Shown here in pieces: positions 11,251 to 23,585 of a stretch of DNA of 64,000 nucleotides. A model generated the notes under the pieces. The model did no database searches. It was not told where the DNA came from and worked only from the letters and a program-made list of their open reading frames with translations. A program made the position numbers and the translations under genes. This stretch comes from Camelus ferus. Its lineage: Eukaryota. Each line of letters opens with the position of its first letter. The stretch's first letter is position 1. The stretch lies in contig NC_045697.1 of the NCBI RefSeq assembly GCF_009834535.1, positions 117,926,001 to 117,990,000 on the forward strand, in the 5' to 3' direction.

Positions 11251-13847
11251 TATTCTCTGGGTTTTTATCTCTTGTACAAAAAAGAAATAGGAAGGGATAA
11301 TATTCTCAAGAGAAACTTGAGGAGGTAAATGATCGTCTGTTTTGGAGAAAAGAGATCTTGGACATTTATGTTTCCATTTGGAGCATTGTGGGCACATAAA
11401 TCCTAAGAGACATACTCATAATTATAGGTCCTATTATTCACAATTTATATCATCCTGTTTTTCACGCTGCCCCCAATAATATGTTCACTCTTTCAAACAT
11501 TCTTCATCCTTCTGTCTCTATTCTATGGAATTAAGGAAAATGTAAAATTAAATGTGAGTAGTTATTGTTTCTCAGAGTCTTGGGAACCTTAGAATTTGTA
11601 CATTCAGATTTTCGTTGTCCCTAGTGACACCCCACCCTCTCTCCCCTAGCTTCACGTAGCTTTCATCTGTCAGGAAGCAATCCCTCTTGATGGGCCAACT
11701 TTAATTTTTACAAAACGTTCTTGACAAACTAATTTTTACCACACCATGCCAAAATCTGCCTTCTGACATCATTTCAGTATGGCTTCATTAGCTATTTTTT
11801 TCCTACTAAGTAAAAGAAGAATATAAATAAATATCTGCTTCATAAATTAAGTGGTTTTTTCTCCTGGGCATGCAGACGTCAAAGAAACCCCATCTGTCGG
11901 GTGATCTGAACACACACGGGGTCAGAAATGCCCTTCACAATACTGTGTGGACAATTGATTAAGTGGGAAAACAAACGCTCCAGGTTCCTGATCCCAGATC
12001 GACCATCACCTTGTTGGGACCAGATGCAGGACACTTAACCTTAGTCAAGCGAGGGAGAACTGTGAGAGTCTCCCAGGTTTTCCCTAGAGGTGTTATTCTG
12101 TGACAGTTACTAGATGGCGAGATTTAGCAGAGGACGTCCAGAGCTGGCGGTCTGTGACTAAAAACAGGGCTGCGGGCTGCCGTCACTCGTGTTCCACTTT
12201 CATTCCTGCAGCGCACGCTTCTCAAGATCCCTGTGCCGGGTCAGCCTCCATGCCTGTTGCAGGAGCTCACTGGAGCTCCCGCCGGCTCTGCCCCGGCGAT
12301 GGCTTCGTTGCTGTGCTGTGAACTGGGAGTCTAGTCAGGAGAAGACCCTCCCTGTGGTAGTTCTAAGGCATGCTGAAGTAAAATGCCTTTAAGGGTAGGC
12401 AGATAGCAGAGCTGACTGGCGTGATACACAAGGATCTGACGAGAGGGCTCCTTTCCCACCTGAAGTCATTCCATTTTGAGCTCTCTGAAGCAGGTACTTA
12501 CTAAGCGAAGTGTATTTGGGGACCTGATTTGAGCCAACAAGTCTTGGGTCTATGCACCACCTTTCTAAGAACTATAAAACCCAGAGTAGTCTTACTAGCT
12601 TTTTGAAACAAGCTCATCAGTCGAGATCATACTTCTGGTGTCAGCTGACTCAGTCCTCAGATCAGGCATTTCCTCCTCCAGCCTAGACTTGTAAATTTCT
12701 TTGCAAATTACATTAGTTTTCGGGTTATCCAGAAAGTCACTGCAGAGCGTGAGCAATCTGTTTTTAAAGTCTCAGATAAAATTCATGTGCAGGGAAAGAC
12801 CATGGGCAGTGCGTAGACTCACTGGCCTTCCAGAATGACAATAATTCGCCTTTCTCCTGCCTTTGAGTGGGGTTGGTCACACACGTGTCATCTGTGTGTG
12901 CACACGCACGAGTCTGGATGTGTATTTAATCATGTGACGTGTAGCGCAAGTTTCCCACCAATATCATGTTACCTTCTCCACGCTTCTCAGATATCTCCAG
13001 TAACAGTCGTGTCTTGCTTTGTTTTATTGCTCTGTGGGAATTATACATTTTTCTGTGGTGGTTTTTTATTACCCATCAAATTACCCTAGGAAAAAAAGGA
13101 TTATTTGCTTGGTGGAATTCATAATTTCCGAGGCCTAAATTTTTCCCAGTCTTAGATTTTGGAAGGCAGTTCCGAGTCTCCTAGTACTCCTAAGTAAATG
13201 GCAACTTTTAAAAAACATAACTTAAAATAGTTCTAAAATCATGAAGTCATTGAATACCATTAATCGGGATCTAGAGATTTAACTCATTTAAAGTGAAGCC
13301 CATCTTGGGCTGATTCTTTTTGATGATCATTCTCCCAATTTTCAGTTTAAAGATCATTCCACTTCACGGAGAAGGCACAAGCAAGGACACGGCTTGGAAG
13401 GTGGAATTTCTCTCTCTCTCATCTCGCTCTGTTACACCAGCTTCCTGACACACTAAGATGAATCATAGTCACTGTGTCACCACAGATGTGACTGAATTAT
13501 TCCCTCTCTTGGTTTCCTTTGGCATTTTCATTGGGTTTTGTTCAACCACTGTGAGCCCCCCAAAAATAAGTGTACAAACTTAAAAGTCTCATAAAATATA
13601 GCAAGGATGTTACTGCTGTGATGTTTTCCCGCTGTGCACCTGAAAGTCACACAACATTGTAAATCAACTATACTTAAATTTTTAAAAAGTTAACTATGTC
13701 TCATAGTTTTACAAGATTTTGCAGTTTATCCCTTTAGAAAGAAAGTTACTAAATAAATAGAGTATGACTAGTCATGTTCTGAGTCTTCATGAAATTGGTA
13801 ACTGTCACTCAAACTTGACTAATTCTTCTTTGGCAGAAGTACAGATG

Positions 13848-13990
13848 CTTGTGTTCCCTGAGCTGTTCACTCATGTGTAAAATAGGGGTAATAATTGTAA
13901 ATTACTTCATGGAATTCCTGGGAGTCAAATCATGTAAAAACATTATTATAGAGCCTGGCACCCAGTAAGCATTCAAAAAATGTTAGCTAA
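13848..13990 (+). mobile_element. MIR
   Basis: ctcatgtgtaaaataggggtaataat...gagcctggcacccagtaagcattcaaaaaatgttagcta matches the MIR core and 3' end. Confidence 0.75.
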
Positions 13991-14094
13991 TTAACCTTTA
14001 ATATGATCACATCCTTCAAATGAGGGACCCGTTCTCTGTTCTTCTTTTTTAAATCTTCAAGTAGAATAGTCAGAAAACCTGACTTGCACCTTTT

Positions 14095-14253
14095 GGGGGT
14101 TTTTGTTTTTGTTTTTGTTTTTAGGGTCTTTGGGGAAGGTGATTAGGTTTGTTTATTTATTATTGTCTTTTTAATGGAGGCGCTGAGGATTGAACCCAGG
14201 ACCTCATGCTTGCTACTAAGCACGTGCTCTACCTCTGAACTACACCCTTCCCC
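14095..14253 (-). mobile_element. tRNA-Ala-derived SINE (Vic-1-like)
   Basis: The minus strand gives an A-box region gtagttcagaggtagagc, a B-box ggttcaatcc, and a bipartite A-rich tail with aacctaatcaccttcccc. Confidence 0.8.
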
Positions 14254-15260
14254 TTAAACTAGGCGCCTTTTTGGATTAATGATTATTTCCAGGAATGGTA
14301 TCTTTCAGAAGTGGCTCTATGAAGTTATGTGTGTCAGACCCAGAGAGCATAGAAGCTAGACAGTCTCTTATCATTCTACACTCTGAGCTTTGTTCATAAT
14401 GCAAACACACATCATTTCTAGGCAATGCACGTTGAGTAGTAGTTGGTTCTTATCAAATACGTCAGATAATCCATAGCTCCGTCCTTTTGTCTCAGCATTA
14501 AAGGGGAATGTTTTGTATCACTGTTAATTTTGCTATACTTTTTTGTTAAAAAAGAAATATCTCAGCCATTCAAAGTGCAAATAACTTCTTTAATTGAGGC
14601 ATGCTTGGTATTAATGCCAAGCCATCTCCGCCCGGTAGGACCCAGCTGCCGAGTGTTAGTTGTGACGGAGGCTGATGTCTGTGAAGTACATCTAATCCGT
14701 CTCATCGAGTTCATAGCGGACTTGGACGGTGGCCAAGAAAATTAATGGGCGGCCTAATTGAGCAGACTCAGCTGCGGAGGGGTCGTGTTTCCTCCTACAG
14801 CAGCGCGGGACTCGGTGCGTTGCTGCAAGGATGGGTATCTGTTCCAAGCGTGAAGAAATGAATGAGTGAAAGAAACCAACAAATGGGGAAATGAATCGTG
14901 TGAAGGGTGCGGCAGTGGTTCCAAACTCCCTAACCAGGGTGACATTCTCCCTAGTGCGATCGGATGTGGAAAGTAAAGAGGGCTGGCGGGTCTTTGGACG
15001 TACGGTCTGTTGGTGACTCCTAGCAGCCTCCTTCCAAATGATTGGTATTACAGGGTCTTCTTTTTCAGGAAATGATGGCGAGCGTTTATGAATTCCTTGA
15101 GGGGTGGGGGAACGTGTTCCCAATGCTCTAGGGAAAAATTAAGATGTGCTGAGTGGCTGCTGGGGCCCCGAGGTTCTGTGCCAGGAGATCGTCTTCGTTC
15201 CTGGGATCAGACGTCACAGGCGTGGGTTGACTTTAAGGTGGTGGCCTTGTTCCCTTTCAG

Positions 15261-15377
15261 GTCCTTCAGCTGAGACCCAAGACGGGTGTCCGGGGTTTGC
15301 ACAAGTCCCTGACCGACGTGGCCCTGGAGCACCACGAGGAGTGTGACTGCGTGTGCCGAGGGAACGCGGGAGGATAA
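15261..15377 (+). CDS. PDGFC: PDGF-C exon 6 coding part (VLQLRPKTGVRGLHKSLTDVALEHHEECDCVCRGNAGG*)
   Basis: Acceptor ttccctttcag ends at 15260, phase 0, 38 codons, TAA at 15375-15377, C-terminal CDCVC motif. Too short for the supplied ORF track. Exons 4-6 splice to 180 aa plus stop with 12 Cys in the growth-factor domain. Confidence 0.98.
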   Translation, partial: VLQLRPKTGVRGLHKSLTDVALEHHEECDCVCRGNAGG

Positions 15378-16087
15378 CGGCCCCGCAGTCCAGCCAGCGC
15401 GGGCTGGGGCTGCCTCGGGGGACAGGGCCCGCACCGGCCTCCGGCCCCCTGCCCGGTGCTTCTCCAGGGCCCTTCCATCTGCGGGGCCTACAGGCGATCC
15501 AAGGGAGGAGGCGGCCCGCGGCGTCAGGGCTCTGGCACCCGCTCTTTGCAGGGGATGCTCGGATGCTGGGAGGCGCGGTCCAGGCGTGGAAAAGGATGCA
15601 GGGCTGTCGGCCGCTGGCCAGTGGCCCGTCCCCACGTGCTCCCTGGTCTCCAGGCGGCTGGCGTTCACGTCAGCACAGGAGAAACGCGTGGCCCCGAGCA
15701 CCTGATGCTGTCACCTCGCTTAACTCTCCAATTCTGAGCTCTGGGCCTAAAACGACGGAAATCTGGGATTTTCTTCTTCTATTCACATATATAAGCCAGA
15801 GTGTTCTATGTCCCGCCAGTGTGGGTTTTAAAAAGGAACTCTGTTGCCATGAATTAAGCTTCTGTCACCCTGATAAGAAAGACTGGAGTTTCCACATTTC
15901 TTATTACAGTTTCTACCACTTAGAAGCAGAGAACTACATTCATGGCCAGGAAGAGACAGCTTTCAGAAGAGTGGCCTTATTTTCACTTTATAAGTCGGTT
16001 TATTTGTTTCATTGTGTACATTTTTATATTCTCCTTTTGACATTATAACTGTTTGCTTTTCTAATCTTGTTAAATATATCTATTTTT

Positions 16088-16094
16088 ACCAAAG
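16088..16094 (+). promoter_or_regulatory. Candidate miR-9-5p 7mer-m8 site ACCAAAG
   Basis: Seed match within the AU-rich UTR block; function inferred only. Confidence 0.4.
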
Positions 16095-16249
16095 GTATTT
16101 AATATTCTTTTTTTTTATGACAACCTAGATCAACTATTTTTAGCTTGGTAAATTTTTCTAAACAGAATTGTTATAGCCAGAGGGACAAAGATGATATAAA
16201 ATATTGTTGCTCTGACAAAAAAAAAAAATACATGTATTTCATTCTTGTA

Positions 16250-16257
16250 TGGTGCTA
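16250..16257 (+). promoter_or_regulatory. miR-29 family 8mer site TGGTGCTA in the 3' UTR
   Basis: Exact 8mer match to the miR-29 seed in AU-rich context. PDGFC is a reported miR-29 target in other mammals. Confidence 0.75.
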
Positions 16258-16772
16258 GAGCTTAGATTAATTTGCATTTTAAAATACTGGAGCGGGGAAT
16301 GGATAGAATTTGGTAAGTTGCCAAGACTGTTTGAAAATAAATAAATTAGCCTATCATTCACTTGGATCATTGGAGGCGCCAGTAAGAAGCAGCACATGGG
16401 AACAGGTGTCCAAATCCAGGCATTAATAATCCCTAACCCTTATTTTGGGAAACGTGAGCCTAGCTCAGAAGATCGTAAAGCACCTTGAAAAAAGAGACGT
16501 GACAGCTTCCTGACAAAGCGATTTGCTGTCCTGTAGGAACACGTGCTATTTATTGTGACGTTCTGGTTAGATTATCTTTAAACTCAGTTCCATACACTTG
16601 TATAAATACATGGATATTTTTATGTACAGAAGTATATCCTTTAACCAGTTTGCTTATTGTACTCACCGGCAACTGAGAGGAAAATCAGTTAAATACTTTG
16701 CTTGTAAAATGCTTAATATTGTTGCCTAGGTTATGCGGTGACTATTTGAATTGAAAATGGATTGAATCACCA

Positions 16773-16819
16773 AATAAAAGAATGCAGCTATTCTAGGGAG
16801 AAACTGAGTGTGTGTTTGC
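16773..16819 (+). terminator. Likely main polyadenylation signal AATAAA (16773-16778) with downstream GU-rich element
   Basis: caAATAAAagaatg followed about 30 nt later by gtgtgtgtttgc (16808-16819). A second AATAAA lies at 16846-16851. Confidence 0.75.
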
Positions 16820-17374
16820 AAAATCTGTCTCTTAAACTCCAAGAAAATAAAAGTGACAAAGTTTTGTGTTACCAAGATTTTTATTACACAAAATTATTTT
16901 TATTACACACAAAAAATTATTACGCAAAAAAAAATTTACTGTGAGAAAAAACTTTATCAATTCAAAAAATAGGCAGAAAAGTGAGCCCTTTCATTAAAAC
17001 TTTGCTGTCTCTTGGCTTCAGGGCTTTTGAGCAGTAGTTTTGTTTTTCTCCATCATCTTGATGCTGACTTTTTGGTTAAATTAAATGGCAGCGACTTGGA
17101 GTTGTGTGTGATGAATGAAATGCTTGGTGATAGCTCGTATGGCAGTGTGAGACTGGGGGAGAACCCTGTCGCCTTCCACTCATGTCTTCATTAACAAGGG
17201 CTGAGACTAGGTGAGGTGAGCGCAGGTCCGTCTCGAATATGAACCCACACGCTGTACCCAGGACACCTCAAGGTGGGTGCCGCAGTTTCAGATGCAGATC
17301 ACTAGACAGGCAGGTGTATAGGTAGGTGTCTTCAGTGCCTGAGCCTTGCCTTTGACCTTGCCTGCCACTTCTCA

Positions 17375-18745
17375 GTTTTGAAACTTACTGCAAAGCCATA
17401 GAAACAGTGTGGTAAGGCTAATAAGTTTACGCATGCAGAGAGAATTGAGAGTCCAGAAATAAACCCTTACGATTATGGTCAATTGATTTTGACAAGGGAG
17501 CCAAGACAATCCAATGGTGAGAGAGTATTCTTTTCACCAAATGTTGCTGGGACCACAAGTTATCCACATGCAGAAGAATAAATCTGGACCCTTACCTCAC
17601 ACCATACACAGAAATTAATTCAAAATGGATCAAAGATCTAAAATACAATTGATAAAACTGAAACTCTTAGAAAGGAGAAAACTCTGATGGCCTTAGATCA
17701 AGTGGTCATCTCCCAGCTATGACACCGAAAGCACACATGGCAAAAAGAAAAATAGATAGACTGGACATTCTAAAAATTAAAAAAAAAAACTTGTGTACTT
17801 CATTGGACACCAAAAAGAAAATTAAAAGACAAACCGCATAATGCGAGAAAATTTTGCAATTCATATTCTGAAGACAGTCTATTTAGAGTATGTAAAGAAC
17901 TCTTACAGCTCAACAGTAAAAAGGTAAGTAATTCAATTGGAAAGTGAGCAAAGGGCTTGATTACACATTTCCAAAAGAAAAAAAAAAATACACAGATGGC
18001 CAAAAAGCTCATGAAAAGGTAGTCAGTATTATTAGTCACTAGGGAAACACAAATTAAAATCCTGAGATAATCACTTTACTCCCCCTGGAATGGCTAGAAT
18101 CAAAAAGGCAAACAATGGTGAGGATGTGGAGAAATTGGAACCCCATACATTGCTGGTCTGATTGTAAAATTTTGTGGCCATTTTGGAAGACAGTTACTCA
18201 GTTCTTCAAAATGTTAAACCCAGAGTTAATATGCAAATCAGTAATTCCACTCCTAGGCATGTAGTTAAGAAAGTTGAAAATCCTGCACATGAAAGTTCAT
18301 AACAGTTTTCATAATAGTCAAAAATAGAAACCACCCAAAGGCCCATCAACTAATAAATGGATAAATAAAATGTGGTCTACCCATACAAGTGGAGTATTTG
18401 TAAGCAATAAATTTAAATGAAGTACTGATACAAACAGCATGGGTGAACCCGGAAAACATGCTTGGTAGAAGAAGCTATTCCCAAAAGGCCACAGAATGGA
18501 TAATTCCACTTATGTGAAATGTTAAGGACTGACAAATCTATCAAGGAAGGAAGTAGACTAGTGTTCTTCCCGCAGCTGGTGGAAGGGGTAAATGGGCAGT
18601 GACTACTAACAGGTTTTCTCTTTGGAGTGATGACAATATTCTTAAATTAGATAGTGATCATAGTTGTTTGAATATGCTAAACCTCCTGAAGTATACACTT
18701 CAAAAGGGTGAATATTTTTGTATTTGAATTATACCTCCATGTAGT
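17375..18745 (+). mobile_element. Old LINE-1 (L1MB-like) ORF2 3' region and 3' UTR
   Basis: agaattgagagtccagaaataaaccc...aaatggatcaaagatctaaa...aaaagggtgaatatttttgtatttgaattatacctc; many disablements. Confidence 0.88.
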
Positions 18746-21700
18746 CATTTCTTTTTAATTAGAACTCCAGAATTTTTTTCATTCATATACTACAGTATTT
18801 AAGAAACAAAGCCCCTCCTCCTGAAAAAAAAAAAAAAGGAATAAAATAAAAGAAATTATCTAAAATGCAGTCACCTAGTCCACACCATCTCTGTCCACTC
18901 TCTGGTAGTGTCGGTGCATAGATAAATGAGTGAGCAGTGTGATGGAATTCCCAGGCTCACATTGGTCCCTGGTAGTGACAGTTAATGTCTACACCTTTGC
19001 CATGGCTTAATGGTGGTTGGGGGATGTTTTCTCATTTGAAGTTGGTCTTTGCCTCATCTTGGTCTAACCAGCAGGATGAAAGTGCCTTGACAATTGCCGT
19101 ATGCTGGCACAGGTGGGTCTGGTCTCTTTGCTGTCATCACCAGGAGGAAAAAAATGGTCCAGAGAAACATAGGTCCCAGAAGACTCCTGCCACAGATCTG
19201 AACCCAGTCCCTGCCATGGGGTCACGTCCTGTGGAGTCCAGGCAACCCCCAAGCTCTTGGCTGAAAAATGGATGATTCTTGTTGTAAGCTGCGGGCAGCT
19301 TGAGGATGTTTGTTATGCAGCATTAACTGACAGTGGTGACCAATACATATTATTTCCTTTAAGATATTTTAGTGAAACTTTCATATATACCTTCACTTGG
19401 AACTTTTGAACAACAAAAAAAATTGAAATGGAACAGAAAAAAATGTACTTTGAAAATGTTTTATCAACCTAAGAGATAGCCCTTCTAAACATTCCCACTA
19501 AAGTTGTGAAAAAAAATGATGCTGAAAACATTAAAAGCACAGAATCATTTGCTAAGCACTGGATTCTATTTCAGTCAGTGTCTATTGTTTTGTTATTAAG
19601 AAGAGGAAATAAGCACTTGGACATACAGCCCACCTCTTCAGTACTATCATCACTGTTGTTTATTTATTTTGTGTTTTAATACATATAAGTAATACAAAAC
19701 ATTAAAAACCATTTTACAAAAATGTCTTATGTTTGTATTTTAATAAACTTTTATAACTTGAAGCACTTTGGGAAATTTTCTTCTGTTCTTTCAGTTATTT
19801 TTGTTTCCAAACTTCACTCTCTTCTCTGCTTCCTTCATTCCTCCCTCCTTTTTGTTTTTATGAAGTTATTTGCATAATTTCCATGCCTTTAATTTTTTTT
19901 TCTGATCATTTACATAATGCATAGTTTATGGCCAGACTATTGTTTACTCTATGTGGGAAGGATGAATTCTTGATTCCATTATTACTTTTCAAAAACTTGT
20001 TTGCCAAACGGAACTACAGTTTGAGGATTAGACTTACATTCAATTTAATTTTCTGTTTCTTGTGGAGGCAGGAGGTCAAGGGGACTTGGAGAAATGTGTA
20101 ACCTTTGGTGAGAGAATTCTGCTCATCCCTCTTACAAAATCTCTCTTGGTGGGATTCACTCTGGCGGAAGCATGCATGCGTTCTTCATGGAGTGGGGAAG
20201 GGAGATGGATTTCAGGTCTTATTCATGACTCAGTGTAAAGACCTTGAGGCTGTACTTTCATGCGAGGGCATGGGTCCTCACTCTCCAGTTTGCATGTTTC
20301 ATCTGACTCCCCAGAAATCATTGCCCCTCTCCCTTTACGCACAATAGAGAGAGGATAATGGCACCTTCTCTGACCACTGCTCTTTAAAGTTAGCCGTATC
20401 CGTGAGGATGCTTAGACGTTTATTTCAGTACCATATCTGGAAAGGGAAGTTGGAATGGGGATTATCCTAAGCCTCACCAGAAGCTACTCTTTCACTCTAA
20501 AACTGTCATTAATGTAGCATAGATTACGTCTCTTTCATTGGATGCTGTTAGCAAATTAGCCCTTTGTTGGAATTTTCTGAGGTTCCACTCCCCTTTGCTG
20601 TTATTATCCTGGTGTTAGAAAATATTTTAATACCATAAATTGTTATGATTCTAACAATAATTTAATTTTTGCTTACATACTTATTTTTGCAACTGAAATA
20701 AGCTATTCCCATTTTATACTTATAAACTAAATACTATGTGTGACCCTATAATAGTTTTTGAATTCTGTGTTTACCTTTTGTTACACATTTATCAAAAGTA
20801 TTACTACTGCTCAGTACCAGGTAGGTGGTGGATGTTTTGCCCATTTGTCGAGAAAACTGAGATCTTACCCTAGCCTCGTTTGTTACAAGGCTATCCACAG
20901 AACTCAGGTAGACAAACAATAATTTTCTAACCTAAATTTAAAATAATTTTGTACAAGTGTTTTTTTGTCTCATGTTTAGGAAAAAACAAAACTATTATAC
21001 ATTTTGTAATGGTCTTAAATCCGTTTAATAAGTACATATCTTACAAAGGAGTACAAAATTTAATTCTTTTTAAAGAGCTTAGTATCACTTCCTTAAGTGA
21101 TACCTCCAATATAAGCCAAATTCATGACAACCCACTAAATGTGATTTGAGCTTCCTGTTAACCAAAAGAACTCCTAGGGGAAAAAACAATCAGTTTTAAT
21201 ACAGTTATTTGAAAAGTACTTGCGGGATTTACTGATAGACAAGTAACTCCAATGACATCCCAGATGAGAGAGAGAGGTATATAAAATATCTTTTGTATAT
21301 AATAACTTGACACAACTAAAATGTTCATATATTCAATAATAGTAAGCAATAGATAAATTTTGAGCATCAATCCCTCCAAAATCCAGACAGTAAGATATAT
21401 TCCTAGTGTCCTATATTTAATACCTCCTAATGCAGATGCTAATTTGTTTAAAGAGAGTACAAATGGCCAGATTTCCAGCCTGGCAGTCTCCATTTCAGTG
21501 AGCATTCAGACATCAGCACCTGTAGGTTGTGTATCTCTGGAAAGAAGTCAATTACAAGGAAAGAAAGCAGTGCCTTGTTTTCATCCTAAAGCTGTGATCT
21601 GAATATGTGATTTGCCAGAATTTGAGCAGAAGTAGGAGGGAGCAAGCAGGAAGTGCTTCCTCCAACTCAGCTCATGGAAACCCTGGAGCTTAAGGGGATA

Positions 21701-23464
21701 CTGTCCTCAACCACCGTGAGAAGAAACTAACCAGAAGCAAAAAGTATCAAATGAGGAGACTTATATTGACCAATCATATCCTAAATATCTTAGAAGTCTT
21801 CTAGAAGACATGACAATTCAACCAGTGAATTTTGATTACCATCTGATATGTTTTGATAACTTAATGTACAGGGATTTGCTAAATCAAAATCTTCCTGTAT
21901 TGCATAGGCTTATGTGCTTTGACAATACATTGTGTCATCATTGTGGAATAAAGGCATACAAATTGTTATCAACAAGACATACATCTTGTTTCAGTCTTAA
22001 GTGGCATGGTAATCAATTAGAGTGATTTGTTTTTAAACAGATTTTTATCCAAAGACACTTAAATACTTTGCAATGATTACTTTTGTGTAAAGTTTCTCTT
22101 AAGTTTTGCAGCTGGAGATTGAGTCAGGAAGTGAGAGTGTGATGTGACTGAATAATTACTCGACGTCACACACAGACATGTAAAAACGCTTGAAGAAAAT
22201 TACGAGGCTCATATTTGGTTTCTCTTCATGGGAGAAGGCAACTATTTTGCATCCACATGCATCTGCTTTTACAATTAGCCTATGAATAAACACAATCTGT
22301 GTTCTTATCTCCGTAAAGCAAGCTTCATTTTTCAGTCTTGAACTCTATCCAAGGTATTGCCCAGTGTCTGTTTAGGAACACCTAGACCGTGGGTGCCCAG
22401 CCCAATCCTGGAATCAAAACAAGTCACAAAGCCCTGTTCCCTCCAACCCCAGGCTGCTGCTGTCTCTATCAGAAATGATGAGATGTGTGAAGTCCTCAGT
22501 GAGCCCACTCGTCACCCTGTGGTTACAGTTGATACAGTCTTGGCTCAAAGACATTTAGATGCTCTGATGAGGAATGGCTCAAACCTTCCAGCCCAGCCTC
22601 ACTCCTCCTCAAGTTTCACAGGCAGCCTTCAGTCATCCCACAGGAGTAAATTCATCAATAACCTCAGCCTAAGATCTCATACCCAATAATTGTTCAATGA
22701 ATTTTGAATAAGTAAACTGAAAAGTCAAAATTCAGATTACTTTCCTAAGACCTCTCATGGTTCCAGTTGGTCAATGAGATGATTTAATCAGTTTGATCAC
22801 ATGTAACCCACAGTTAAGTACCTAGATAGTGTCCTGATTCTATCATAGGTGCAAATTTCTGATATTTCTCAGAAACCTATCCACTCCCCATAAAAAACCC
22901 ACTAAGTTTCCTTTTCGTTTACTTAACAAGTTGACTATAAAATTGGTTCCCGGAGCGAAGATCTGTATGTTAATTTCTCCAGTTGATGAATGTGAAAGAT
23001 CATTCAGTTAAAACCGTCCTTTGAGGTCATCAAGTCTTCAGTACAAGAGCCAGTTTTAAAACAAAACCTGACTGTTAGAAACTTCTATTTCTTTCCTTCA
23101 TATTTAGATCTGTGAGTAGTTTCAGCTAGATGATCTCTGAGATTTCTCCCAGCACTTACACTGACAACTCCATTTGAAAACCTTCACAGAGAGGGAAGAC
23201 CCTACTCACTGGGTCAGGATTCCTCTGGACACTTCAGAAAACATTTCCCTATAACTTCCACCCATCAGTTCAGGTTTTTACCTTTGTAACAATTAAAAAG
23301 ATTCTCTTCTTCTTCTTTTCTTCTTTCTAAGAGATCCCTGTACTTTTTGAAGCATTCTTATCAATCTCCTGCTGCCTCCAGTTGCAAGCCATTTAACAGT
23401 GTCGCCAGATCACTGGCCAGAGATCCCTTCCAGTACCTGTGAAAGGTATCTTATCCAGATGTGT

Positions 23465-23585
23465 GTTTTTTTAAAATTTTTATCTGTTTTTGTTTTCTAT
23501 TATTTTTAATGGCGGTACTGGGGTTTGAACCCAGGACCTTGTACATGCTAAGCATGTTCTCTACCACTGAGCTCTCCCCTCCCCC
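23465..23585 (-). mobile_element. tRNA-Ala-derived SINE (Vic-1-like)
   Basis: The minus strand reads gctcagtggtagagaacatgcttagcatgtacaaggtcctgggttcaaacccc; ccagatgt is repeated on both flanks. Confidence 0.85.

Larger units (their letters stand above)
15378..16803 (+). other. PDGFC: PDGFC 3' UTR (end approximate)
   Basis: Follows the stop codon. The AT-rich part from ~15750 to 16800 resembles the human PDGFC 3' UTR as recalled. Ends after AATAAA at 16773 and before a GT-rich element. Confidence 0.85.

Noticed and set aside
15207..16048. Stack of 70-231 aa ORFs on both strands over exon 6 and the 3' UTR
   Set aside because: Ala/Arg/Gly/Pro-rich products typical of GC-rich non-coding DNA; the true frame stops at 15377.
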